Below, piece by piece: positions 51,173 through 63,556 of a stretch of 64,000 nt of DNA. This DNA comes from Spirogloea muscicola. Taxonomy: Eukaryota. The stretch lies in assembly GCA_009602725.1 (NCBI GenBank), contig WELB01000006.1, forward strand, positions 537,683-601,682. Reading direction: 5' to 3'. A program made the position numbers and the translations under genes. The notes beneath the pieces were generated by a model that did no database searches, was not told where the DNA came from, and saw nothing but the letters and a program-made list of their open reading frames with translations. Positions within the stretch are counted from its first letter, which is position 1; each line of letters opens with the position of its first letter.

Positions 51173-54100
51173 TCAGACAACAAGTGGCAAAGCTTCATCG
51201 TCTCTCAGGGGGGTTGACAATGCCTCTGTGGCTGTCCTGTATGGCGTCTTCTGAAATTGGTTCCTAAGCTGGCCGCAAGCAGCATTGGCCTCGAGCCCCC
51301 TGGTATGCCGTATCGTGGCTGTCACCTTTCTTTGCGCTAGTTGATCAACAAAAGCCATCACCTGCAAAGAGATGCAAATCAAGTCAGCCCTCCTCGCACA
51401 TTGCAGAACTCATAACCAACTTGCAGTCCGACCTTACTCAATGATCACCTGCAATGTGGGATCCTCTCTAGCGTGCCTTCAGAAGCATGGCTTTTAGTAG
51501 CAGGCACATGCCACAGACTTCTGAGAAGGACTTACAGCATTCCTGCTGGGACGACGGTATTCAGAGTCGTCAACAGGGTTGTATGGTATCACGTTAACGT
51601 GCTGGCCTAAACCCCAATGTCGTAGGAGTTCTGCAAGCTGGTTCGCATGCTCCCTCTGATCATTTATGCCGGCTGTCACAAACAAACAGCAATACAAGGA
51701 AACACTCATGTAATTGACCTTCTCCACTGGTCAACAGTATTGAGCTAATCATCCAATGCACGATGTGAGGACACTCTCACAGATGTCTAACCCATCATTG
51801 ACAGGCTAGGAAAAGATACAGTAGATAGAACACCCAAATGCTCTGCTTATTAGACAGGACATAACACGCTTGGAAGACAGCAATACATACCTAGTAGCGT
51901 GTACTCAAATGACACCCTTCGGCCAGTGGCCTGGAAGTAGGATCGACAGTCCTGTAGGAGTGCCTCAAGTGGATATATTTTCGCACTTGGTACTATCTGC
52001 TCTCGCAGTTGTTGCGTAGGTGCATGCAAGCTGCACACAATTGCACTAAGCTTTCTTCGTAGTCTCGTAACAGCCTCCATATAACATGCTGTGACATTTA
52101 GCTAGGTTTATTTCCACAACCAGAAAAGATGCAATGGTGCTACAAGTTCTGCACACAGCCTCAACCTCGGGGTCTGAGGCCCGACTGCCACTTGACACAC
52201 AGCGGCAGCTAAATGCCAGCTTTGAGCTTGGCCAATGTGAAGCACGCGGAGAGGCAAACTCTCATTGGTGGAGTAGGCAAGTTGGCCCTTAGCAGCCTAC
52301 CTGATGGCAAGGGTGGATTGCAGATTGTGCTGAGCTAAGCGCTTTATAGTATTGGGAACCCCCACTGTAGAGATTGTCATCATTCGAGCTCCTATGCCGA
52401 CGTCCTACATGTAACATCATGCCAGCTTCTGAGCTTGACCTTGATTCTAGGTAACATCAACACTTGGCAGAAGCATACATCCTAAGTTGCTCGAGCAAGG
52501 CAAGTTGGACGAGGAAGAAGTCTTGCAACGTCAATAATTTCAAAGCAATTACTAGTCCGAGGCAACAGCAGGCCAATTGCGCACCTTGTTGATTGAATGC
52601 ACAGCTCTCAGAACGGCCGACATGTTCATGAGCGGCTCCCCCATTCCCATGAAGACAATGTTGCTCACACGGTGCTGGAAGAGCTCCTCGAGTGCAAGTA
52701 CCTGCTTGTTGGCGTTGGGGAGTGGCATCAGGAAGCTGTCTGTTAGGCCAAGCCTTCGGCACCTGACACTTCTGATCGCTCCACGATCTCTCTGCAAAGC
52801 TCCTCAAGTATAGGTCAAAGCAGCTTGAGCAACTCGAGCAGCCTATCCAAAGCCTTTGAGCCAAGTAGCAACAAGTGCCATAATACCTGGTCCACAATCT
52901 CAAAAGTTTGAAGATTGCGAGCGAAGCCCCCCTTTCCAGTTGCGCAGAATGAGCATCTCAAAGCACAGCCCACCTATTATGAAGGCGCTGCAGCTACATC
53001 AGACCGTATGATGATGGGCACCACGGGCACCACGCTTTGCATTGCCCTGCCTGGCTTCACTACCTGTACCAAACACTCAAGCAGCAGCAAAGGGCATGAC
53101 ACGAAGCAAAGAGAGACCAGGCGGCCATTCATAACAAGGTCAAGTGAAAGCAACCTGAGAAGAGATGCAAGCTGTGAGCTTCTTGGAGCCTCTTGCAAAC
53201 TCCATGGGTATGCCAACAGCCTCAACCATCCTGTTGTCCTCCAGCCGCAGCAGCAGCTGAACAATGCTAAGCACAACCAATGAGAATCACTCTCGGCTGC
53301 TACAAGGGGGCACTGTGTCCGCTAAGAACTTGCAGCATTACCTGGTAGAGTTATGCCTGGATGCTCTACTGACATGCCTCCAGGCGTGATCATACCAAGA
53401 CATTGCTAGTCGTCACTGGATCAGGCACTTTGAGGCATACCCCAGACACATCAATTATAAATAGATGTTTTCAACGCGCCTGGATGATTGAAAACAGCTC
53501 CAAGAAGGACTTGCTGCCAGATTGAGTGCCGACCTTGGCAGTGCCATCTGCAGCTGCAGCGACGTGGTGCACGGGAGCCCGGCCCACCCGCCAGCCAGCC
53601 TCGGCGAGCGCTTGCCGGAACTTGGCCGGCACTGTGCACCAACACAGACCGCAGCGCCTGGTCAAGCCGGCCCCAAGGAGCCGTCCAGAGAGCCGTCCCC
53701 TAGCCCTAAACCCTAAGACCATGTGGGCCATGGCCGCAGCAGAGCTCTGACAGTGGGGGCGACTCAGCAGCGGGGCCAGCGGGCTCTCACGCTGCTTGAG
53801 GTCGTGGAGCTCCTTGCCCTTGTTCTGGTACACGAACTGGTGGAGCTGCTTGCCCCGGTACCGCTGCTGCACAGCTCAGGCAGGCAGGCGCGGAGCAGCC
53901 GCCCCGAGTAAGACTGATGGCGAGCATCAGCGGCGGAGGGCCTCGCCCTAGCCGCCATGCCGGCTACCTTGTGGAGCTGCGCACGGCGGCCACCATGGAG
54001 CTAGGGCCGCGATGACCGCACCTCGCCAAAGCGGGCCGCCAGTGCTTCCATGTCCTCCAGTGACAGGCCGACCAGCGCCCGGTCGCCGCCGGCCGCGGCG

Positions 54101-54326
54101 GCGGCGGTGGTGGTGGCGGCGGCGGCGGTGGTGGCGGCATCGGCGGCAACGGAGGGGACGGCGGCGATGGTGACGGCGGAGGGGGTGGCACCATGAATGG
54201 TGGTGGCAACGGTGGCTGCAGGGGAGGCTGTTGTGGTGGCGGTGATGGTGGGGGAGGTGTTGGAGGAGGAAGCACCACTGAGGGCGACGGCGGCGGAGGC
54301 GACGACTGGGCTAGCGGGGGTGGGAA
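51173..54326 (-). CDS. RlmN-family radical SAM RNA methyltransferase (probably plastid); N-terminus runs into the gap
   Basis: [96 protein letters not shown]. Confidence 0.92.
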
Positions 54327-54837
54327 NNNNNNNNNNNNNNNNNNNNNNNNNNNNNNNNNNNNNNNNNNNNNNNNNNNNNNNNNNNNNNNNNNNNNNNNNN
54401 NNNNNNNNNNNNNNNNNNNNNNNNNNNNNNNNNNNNNNNNNNNNNNNNNNNNNNNNNNNNNNNNNNNNNNNNNNNNNNNNNNNNNNNNNNNNNNNNNNNN
54501 NNNNNNNNNNNNNNNNNNNNNNNNNNNNNNNNNNNNNNNNNNNNNNNNNNNNNNNNNNNNNNNNNNNNNNNNNNNNNNNNNNNNNNNNNNNNNNNNNNNN
54601 NNNNNNNNNNNNNNNNNNNNNNNNNNNNNNNNNNNNNNNNNNNNNNNNNNNNNNNNNNNNNNNNNNNNNNNNNNNNNNNNNNNNNNNNNNNNNNNNNNNN
54701 NNNNNNNNNNNNNNNNNNNNNNNNNNNNNNNNNNNNNNNNNNNNNNNNNNNNNNNNNNNNNNNNNNNNNNNNNNNNNNNNNNNNNNNNNNNNNNNNNNNN
54801 NNNNNNNNNNNNNNNNNNNNNNNNNNNNNNNNNNNNN
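54327..54837. other. Assembly gap (N run) covering the divergent promoter and start codons of the RlmN-like and AlkB-like genes
   Basis: Continuous Ns flanked by open GC-rich reading frames pointing away from the gap. Confidence 0.98.
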
Positions 54838-56994
54838 GGCGACGGCGGGGCCGGCGGCGGCGGCGGCCTTGAGGCCGTGGAGGCAGCCGCCGCGCTGCCG
54901 GTGGTGGCCGCCGGGCATACTCTGCCGCCGCACGAGCTCGCAGCGGCGGACGAGGAGCCCGACAGAGGCCGCTGCCAGGACCAGGCGGACGCGCGAGTCC
55001 CACCGTCTCGTCTGCAGTCCCAGTCGAGCTCGGCCGCGGAGCCCGGCGGCGGCGGCGGCGGCGGCGGCGGATTCGGCATGAAGCGGCCGCGCCGGTACGG
55101 CGAGGTGCTGCCAGGCCCAGTGGTGGCCATCGACCTCCTCAAGCCGGAGCCCCTGGCGCAGGCCCGCATCTCCCCGCTGGGCAGCATCGCGCTCGACCGC
55201 GCTGCCGCTCCCCGGCCTGCCCCGGTCGTCCTCCAGCCAGGGTGAGCGAGGCGATGGCCACAGCTTAGATCGGCAAGCAGCTCCTCTCAGCTCCTCTCTG
55301 CTGCTCAAGGTGCCGCTGGGAAAGGTTTAGGGTTTAGGGGTTCTAGGGTTAGGGCTTAAGGTCGCCCGTCGCCATCACTTACTATTGGCAATCATATGCC
55401 TGCTTCCCACCTCACAACTGGTGACCAGTGAGATACTGGAAGTCTTGATTGAGTTTATAATTGGTGCTCTGTTGCTATGCAAGACCTCGGCGTTGTCTTC
55501 TTTTTATGTGAGGTGCAGCTCACTGTATGCTCACCAGCTGCTGCCGCCGCCGCGCAGGATGGTGCTCATGAAGCAACGGCTAGGCCTCGACGTCCAGCAG
55601 CACTTGGTGCATGCAGCCCAGGCCCTTGCGCCGCGCTTTGGACGCCCGACGACTGCCGGTGGCCGCAAATACCACCTGTACTCGGTGTGTTTTCACATCC
55701 TGCACAGCCAGACTTGCTATTATGGAGTCCCACCTGTTAGCACTTGCTGTCAGGCAACTCAAGAGCTCGTCGCTATGCTGTAGACAGTGGACGTCCATAA
55801 AAATATGCATCTGCAGCACAGCCTGAAGCTGCACTCTATCAAGCTTATAAGCTGCACGAGCTGGGCCAACCCTGCCACGCTGACCTACTTCCGTGGTCAG
55901 GTGTGCTGGCGGTCGAGGTGGGACGGGTCGCGCTTCGCCCCCGACCCTGAGGCGGCGCGCCTGCCGCTGTGGCTGGTTGAGCTGGCGCAGACTCTGGCGC
56001 AGGAGGCGCACTCGCTGACCCCGGTTACGGTGGGCTCCACGTACGACCCCGACATTGGCCTCGTCAACTATTACCCTGTGAGAACTTGACTTCAGGGCCT
56101 TGTTGGCAGCTACCCTTGCGACACTGCACCATGTGAATCTTTGGGCATCTTGCACTTACTGCGGATCCCTGTGATCATTTAGACGTCTTGGTGCTAGCTG
56201 TCGCCCTGCAGCTTGGCCAAGTAGCACCTGAAGATTGCACAGTGAATGTTGACGGATTGTGCTGGCAAATATCAGGTGCGTGCCGCAGAGCTGGGTGTGA
56301 TCGGGCTAGGCGGCCATCAGGATCTGGACGACACGCAGGCCAAGCCCGTGGTAAAGGCCTGCGCCACTCTGCCTGCATGCGTGGTCCAGCGTATGCTGTT
56401 GTTCTCGCAGAGCACCCGCCCAGAGCTTGACCTTACTGAATTTGCGCTAATTGACTTTCAGTACAGCTTACCCCAACACGTCATGGTTGTGTTCCCTGGA
56501 CCTGGCCTTATGCAGGTGAGTGTGAGCATTGGGGACAGCATGACCTTCTTCTTTCGCCGTCTGCCTCCTCTGAGCCGGCGTAGAAGCGGGGTCATGATTA
56601 AGGTTACTAGGGAGGCACTGAGCGACTCAGTCGACGGCGATGCAGCCCACAACCCGTGAGTGCCTCCTTCAGGATCCTCTTCTACTGCTCCAGTGGCTGC
56701 TTGAGTAACTTGACTTACTATATGTGGGCACTGTCTGTAGCTGGATATCGTTCACCCTCCAGAATCTTCATAGCTCAGATGTAGGCCCAACAATGCGTTT
56801 CCTCGAACAGGGAGAGAGAGATTCTTCTCCAGAGTGGCGATGTGGTCGTGTTTGGAGGGGAGTCGCGGCTTGTGTATCATGGCACGCGCGGCGTCCGGCC
56901 CAGCACCCGCCCAGCAGGCCTGCGCATGGCACCTGGCAGGCTCAACTTCACATTCCGCCAGCATGACGCGCTTTCGAGAGCTGCCCAACCATGA
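54838..56994 (+). CDS. AlkB-family 2OG-Fe(II) dioxygenase (ALKBH1-like); 5'-partial
   Basis: LQPG/MVLMK..L..QQ, PDIGLVNYY, LGGHQDLDD (HxD), PVVSVSIGDS..F, LQSGDVVVFGGESRLVYHGT, GRLNFTFRQ. Confidence 0.9.
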
Positions 56995-57479
56995 CACCGC
57001 TTGACTTGCTCTGCGCATGGAGGAGAGGCAGGCAGGACACACTTGTATAATAGGGTACCGATGGTGAGTGCTAAGCCGGTGAGTGCTCAGCCGGTGAGTG
57101 CTCAGCCTGTTCTCGAGGCATAAGAGCTGGAAAGGACAGAAGCATAAGTGGCTAGGCACAACCTTCGTTAAGGGCAACAAGCGTCCATTCTGCTTGTACT
57201 TCACCCAGCTGCGTAGTACTCAAAGTCAGTAGCTCAATGTCAGCCAACATCACGAGCCCAAGTTGTTCTCGGTTGTCTTAGTGCAGTGCTGTCTTGGGTT
57301 CTCGCCTTTGCAATGCCCTTGACGAGAAAGGGCGCTGGAGCAGAGTGGCTGGCTACATTCAGGCACGCGCAAGTGTGTGTAGTGCTCACCTGTTAAGCCT
57401 GTCAATTGTGCCACCTTCTTCTAGCTGAGCTTGTCCTGCCAAGGTCTTCCATGTTGTGGCATGTCAGCTCCTTTACATC

Positions 57480-57770
57480 TTGCCCTAGCTTGCCTCTCAG
57501 GCAGGCTCCCTTTTCGATTGTTGCATGTGCATGTGTCTTAGTGGGGGTTCATTCCTGTGCGATCCTCGTGCTGGCCTTCTTGCACCTTATTGCTTGGACT
57601 GCCAAGGTCTGCGTTGTTGTGAGTTCTCAGCTCCTTTGACGCCCTAGGTTGCCCTCAGACAGATTCCCTACTCGGTTGTTGCATGTGCATTGCGTCAGAG
57701 TGGCGACATGTCCTGTGCAATTTCCTTGCTGGCCGTCATGCACCTAACTGCTTAGTATGCTTTCAGGTTG
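57480..57770. repeat. Diverged tandem duplication, period ~158 bp
   Basis: GCCCTAG.TTGCC..CAG.CAG..TCCC..TTGTTGCATGTGCAT..TCCTGTGC..TGCTGGCC..TGCACCT occurs at ~57482 and ~57640. Confidence 0.7.
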
Positions 57771-58068
57771 AAACGGGAGCCACCTTCCACAAGCACGCAA
57801 AGCAAATAAGTATTGCTTAGGCCTGCAAGGTGTGCTCCGCAAGTAGGCACTCCTCAAGAGCTGGGGCTGCAGACACTTCCATTTTGTCGAGGTGATGTTA
57901 CTGCAAGATGTACTGGCAGGTCTAATTAGTTGATTCTGGATTATGCAAGATGAGCAATACGCGGGGAACTAGTGAAGGCTAGCCTTTGATCTGCATGGAT
58001 GTCAATACTGAGAGTATTCAGCGATGCCAGGGACTGCTGCCAGATTAGGCAACCTTCCGATGAGAAAT

Positions 58069-58386
58069 TCTCACCAGTAGATTTTGTAATGAGCGCAGCT
58101 GGAGCAGATATGTCATATGCCCCAAGTGGGCCCATAACCTGTCGAGTTTCTGAGCTTCCGGATTGATTAGTAGCATTGTTTTCACCAATTTTGGCCATAT
58201 CAAAAGTCAGATATCAATCGCTTTGATTCTGTTCCTACTTTTGATGAGGCCAAGATTGGTGAAAGCAGTGCTACTAATCAATCTACTACTAGTCTGGAAG
58301 CTCAGAAACTCGACAGGTTATGGGCCCACTAGGGGCAAATGACATATCTTCTCCAGCTACGCTTATTACAAAATTTACTGGTGAGA
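58069..58386 (+). ncRNA. Long fold-back hairpin; candidate pre-miRNA/hpRNA (or MITE)
   Basis: Arms of ~140 nt with a perfect 35-bp core (58125-58159 / 58296-58330) and a loop near 58210-58235. Confidence 0.5.
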
Positions 58387-58458
58387 TTAGAGTATTGAGT
58401 ATTGCTAATTGGCAATCTGTAAGGGCAACCCAGATGTCCTTACTACTTGCAGAGCATG

Positions 58459-61417
58459 TTACACCTTCAATCTCTTCAGCCGAGCCTGAAACTCGAGATG
58501 AAGTTGTTGCTTGATTGATGAAGGTGCAAATACATAATTCACAGAGCGCAAGGCAAGTTCCTTGAGGTCTTGCTTGTTGAGGTCTGACAATGGCATTGCA
58601 CATAAACCGAATGAGAATGAAGACCATTGAGTAGGATGACGGGAACACAAGACTGCTTGTGACTTTGCTCCGTGAAGTCAAACTGGTCAGACAGGAATCT
58701 CCTTACGAAGAAAGAAAGCCGCACAAATGCACATGATAAGAAGGGAGGCTATGCCGGGCCAAAGTCACTGTTCATGCAGACAGCAATGGAAGTGCAACCA
58801 AATGGGCTAAGGAAGCAGGGCGAAAGCAGGGTGAAAGTACGGCTGGAGAGGGCTTTGCAATTTTTAGTTCAATAAAGTCAGAGAGGCCAACTTGGGGACC
58901 CAGAGCAAGTCGGAAGCAAGAGGAAGAAGTTGGTAGTGAAACTGACTAACCGAATGCTGCTGCAGCCAGGGCAAATTCCCGAGACAAGTAGGTGGAGAAG
59001 ACACCACAGTCGTCCGTGCAGATGATAGTTGGATGATCAACTTTGTACATATCAACTGTAAGGAAAAGCATGAGCAGGAAAGGAGGCAAGTCTTACTAGA
59101 CTTCAGTGAGATGCATCTGTTGTTCTTATTGTGTTTCTTATGCCTTCCATTACTTGATGTAGTGTGAAAATCTGATAAAGCTTACCAAAATGATGGCTGG
59201 AATATGTACTGACACTATCAGTCATGATATTTGAAGTTAGGCATATCTCCACCTGTTTGAGATGCCAAGTGGAAGACAGGTGCGTCAGAAAGCAGACTGA
59301 CCAACGAAATGGCAATCTGCATATACTGCCAGCATGCACAACACTCCTTCTAATCTGCTGAAGTGGACACCTTCAGCAGCTTCACAAACATCAGCTTCAC
59401 AAACATCAGCTTCACAAACATCAGCTTTTGCAGACCGGGATATTGGATGTCAAAAGAGCTGCCCACTCGGCCTCCTCCAGGCAGCAAACATGACCGATCC
59501 TCTCAGGCTTAAAGGCCAACATTGCTTTGACCTCTTCTGCATTTGGCACCTGAAAATGCAGTCGGCCGTGAGCTGAAAGTAAATTGGAGCACAGTGACAT
59601 CAGTCATGATAGTCACAGATGGAGCTGGTGGTAGATTCACAATAGGACAAAGACAGCTTGAGTTTGCTATATTGTGACCAGAAAGAGCAATGGTTGCATA
59701 TCGAGGTCTGACCTCGCCACAGTGAAGAGTGACTGGGAGCCTGTGTTCACGAGCCCAGAGGAGGGCTGGCAAGAATGTGCTCCTGTTATTGAAGACAAGT
59801 AGTTGCTTGAGAATGACAATTGTAGGGTGGCAGGATCTTAAAGTCGTCGGAGGCTCATGTTCTTACCAGTTTCCCACAGACGGATTGCCAGACAAGTCCA
59901 CGCCTGCAACACCCCTGTCGCGATACTCGTCAGCCAGTCTGACCTGTGCAACACAAATGTGCTCATAGAATCATCAGAGTATATTACACAAATGGTAGGT
60001 TGATACTAGAGGCAATTATTGTGCTTATATAGGAGGCGGAAACATACCGTTTCCATGGCCGCATCTGCACTTTCTCTCCGGTCAATGCTTAGCAGCAGTT
60101 GCACTCGTATACCCATCTTGGTTTCACGGGGCATGCCCAGCATATCCTCATGACCGACTTCTGTTGAGGAGCTGCGTTCGCTTGATGACGTACTTGATAT
60201 GCCACAGTGAAGACCAGCAAGGACAGCTTCAATGTATGACTTCTTTGTAATCTGCCGTTCCGGACTGCTCTGCAAGTGAGAAAAGGGGGAGACTCGCAGG
60301 TTCAGAAAAAGAAAGGATTCGGACAACAGTCTCTGAGTCAGATGCTAAGATTTCAACGATTTAAAAGTTCCAGCCATGGCACCTGCCAATAAGAGGATGG
60401 TGGATGGCTGCAGGCAGTGCTACAGTATTGATGCTTGCTTAGGCAAGGATATATACACGATCTTGACGTCTGCTGAATATAGAAGAGACAATAAGCTATC
60501 AATAAGCCACAAGTTTGAGCCTCTGCGAAGATGAGAGGTGACAGGTTGCAGCAAAGTGATGTACCTTGGGTGTTGTACGTATTTCCAGATATATCACATT
60601 GTCTGCTGCAAAGTCCTCAACCACCTAAAAGTTGGTCACACATTATGCGATGTGCAGATATGCCATGTAACAAAACAGCTTGTGAGCCACCATTCAGTGG
60701 TTGAGATATGAAGCTTATGGTGAAACAGTAACCAACTCTATTACATCAAGAGCTTGTGGTGTACCTCCTGAGCTATGCGCGTGATAATTTCATGGTTGGT
60801 GGTCAACTTGTGAATCAGGTCAAAAAGCTTGAAGCATTCAGCCAAGCTTCTGTCTCCTGAGGTCACGAATGGTACAAAATACAAAAATTTAAGCTGATGA
60901 CAGGTAGGATTGCTCTTCCTTCGAAATGGCAGGTGGATTACGCAAGCAACACGGTTCTACCACAGCCAGATTGCCTGATCTGAGGCCCTCCTACCTCGTT
61001 TTGTCAGTTTGTGAGCATCAGCAGCAAACGGCTCAGGGCAACGTGAAGCAAGATCTCTGTTACATCAAAATTTCACTAATTGCTGAGACATGGCAGTGTT
61101 TGACATGCTAATGGCAACCTCATTCACAGACTGCAGGGTGAAGGAAAAGAGGAAAGCGATTGGCTTGACTTCCAAGTGAGACTTGGTGACCAGACCAGCA
61201 AGACTTCCGCGTGACCTGCTGTATGGGCCATGCAATGCATAAACCACGCTTTGAAGCATCGCTACATGATTACTCATCAGGTATTGTACCTTATGGTTGA
61301 GTCACGTATAGAGCCATTGAGGTGTGCGTGCAGCTCAATCTTCGGTAATGCCTTACAATATGGGAGCCACTCCTTGTAGGCGTAGAGAGCAGCAGAGGCA
61401 CTCTCCGTCAAGCTCAT
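58459..61417 (-). CDS. ADAL: Adenosine deaminase-like protein / N6-methyl-AMP deaminase (MAPDA)
   Basis: LPKIELHAHLNGSIR, CFKLFDLIH, VEDFAADNVIYLEIRTTPK, LLLSIDRR, GVDLSGNP, TLHCGE, PERIGH, VEICLTSN, ICTDDCGVFST. Confidence 0.93.
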
Positions 61418-61665
61418 GTTGCACAGAACGTGATGTTTGCAGCTGAGTGGTGCTTCAATGCCAGGAAGGCAGGCCAACAGGGCCAGCCGAGGCACCTCTC
61501 ATCAACTTCCATGGACTGTCTGCAAGAGCATAGGCTCGAGAGCGAGCAGACTTGGCGGCACCGCCGCTCGAGAGACGCAAGCTTCCGCCATTGTGGCGGC
61601 AAAGCAGCCAAGGGGCAAAGTGCCGCGGGCGGCGAGGGGCATCGGAGCTCGACGACAGAGGCTCG

Positions 61666-62248
61666 ATGGCGCTGCCGTTATGGGCGCGTTCCGTTGCCAA
61701 ACCGATTCGGCGGGGTTGGCAGCTGGCGGCATCACCGTGTCTGATGGTAGCTATCGTGGCTGTCGCTTTCCTGATGACGGTAAACTTCATCCAGGAAATT
61801 CGAAGTAAGTCAGACGTCCCTACTGTGAGTTCCTGGCCAGGCATGTCGGGCTGGCCAGGCGACCCGCCGCCGTCCGCGCCGTCGCTGCCGCCGGCACTCG
61901 CGGGTGTGTGCAGCGAGCGGCAGTCGCCGCCACCACGAAGGACAATGCCGGTGCACCACACGACGGCTGCGATAATCAGCAGGCGCTTGAGGGACCAGTT
62001 GCGACCAGCACCTTAGCATAGGCGGCGCTCAGTAACCTCAGAGCCTGGTCCAGCAGATCAAGTATCTTGCAAGTGCAATCACTTTGCTGCTAATTCTTTT
62101 GTCGTCGGCTTTGACTGATGTCTGGCGCTTTGCTTTGCAAAGGCATTCAGCACTCTTCACCCGGCAACTTCAGTGATATTTGATTCCACTTAATCATCTA
62201 TCAGCTGCAGATGAGCTTGAAGCTGTGGTACGAGCACCAGACTGCTGA
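61666..62248 (+). CDS. Possible ~60-aa single-TM micro-protein
   Basis: MALPLWARSVAKPIRRGWQLAASPCLMVAIVAVAFLMTVNFIQEIR, then a GTAAGT donor at 61805. The acceptor at 62210 gives NELEAVVRAPDC*. Confidence 0.35.
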
Positions 62249-62397
62249 TGCCGACAAAAGAAACACACCTCGAGCACATCTCAGCACGCCCTTCGGAATA
62301 GACTATGTCACCTGCTTCAAGCCCTGTATCAGCTGCTCGGATGTCATGAACGTAGAAGGCACTGCAGTCAATTGCACTTAAGCTCAGCAGAAAGCTG

Positions 62398-63556
62398 ATG
62401 ACTAAGCCAAACGGTAAGAGAATACTGCCAGCGCCAGCAACTTCCTATGTGTGACTACTTTCTTGTCGCATACTATGAGCATTGCATAGATGTAACAAAT
62501 GGATCATTAGCATCACAAGATCTGATCTGGTGCACTTGGTTTGAAATCATGACATTAGTCTAGCGTGTCTCACGATTGAGTGTACATACAGGCGGCCGTA
62601 GCAGGGGCAAGACAGCATCAAAGGCAAACCTGACAAGAAAGAAGGGGACTTGGACGCCAGACGAAGATGCAATACTCCGAGAATATGCTCGTCAGGCTGG
62701 CCCCAAGCCAATGTGGAGCCTTCTTAACAAGATCATGAAGCTCAGCCCTCCACTTCCTCGAGATGGCAAGAGTTGCCGCTTGCGATGGGAGAACCATCTT
62801 CGGCCAGGACTGCGGACAGGACCGCTCAGCCCAGAGGAGCAGGAAATTGTCCTTCAATTGCATGCAGAGAAAGGCAACAAATGGTCCTGGATTGCTTCGC
62901 AACTTGAGGGAAGGACTGAGAATGCAGTCAAGAATTGGTGGAACTCCAAGTATAGCAAGCGCAAGAAGAAGCGACCTCCACCAAAGGTGCACAGCAGGAA
63001 GTGCAAAAGACAACGCAGCAGGGTGGAAGAGAAAGTTGCTCAAAAGGACCATAGTCCTATCACATTGCATCAACCTCCAGCATCCCCAGGCTCCTCTGCA
63101 TGCAACTCTGCAACAGCAAGTGCAGCAGGAGAAGGAGTCATAAATCGACCTGATGCAAGGAAGTTGGTCTATGCACCAAAGAACGAGTGCAGTAAGAGGC
63201 CCTTGTCCCCAGGAGGAGTGTGTGATGCAGAAGCACATGCTGTGTTTGAAAAAGTCGCCTCTTGGGCCAACTCGGAGGCCGTGCTGCCATGCCCAATGCC
63301 CAAGCTTTTGAGCTGGTCACAAGATCTCTCCATCTTCTACATGCCCTCACCGAGTGGACCAGAGCTGACAACATCTCAGCCGCAAAGTATGAATCGCCAA
63401 CGAGGTACACGGTCTACAAGCAGGAGCCACGATCGCTCTGCTGCAGACGATGAAGGTACCACTGAGTCTGTTCGGGCTCTGCTCGACAGCATCTTCGCAG
63501 AAAGAACATCCACCGGCGACAGTCCCAGTGTCGATCACATGAGGAGCTGTGATTGA
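62398..63556 (+). CDS. R2R3-MYB transcription factor
   Basis: Exon 62398-62413 (MTKPN) splices in phase 1 to 62592. KGTWTPDEDAIL..W..RDGKSCRLRWENHLRP..LHAEKGNKWSWIASQLEGRTENAVKNWWNS. Confidence 0.9.

Noticed and set aside
53964..55308. Long ORFs spanning the N run
   Set aside because: Artefacts of the assembly gap.
57063..57106. 3 x 15-bp tandem GGTGAGTGCTCAGCC (and CAGCTTCACAAACAT x3 at ~59377)
   Set aside because: Ordinary slippage minisatellites in UTR or intron sequence.
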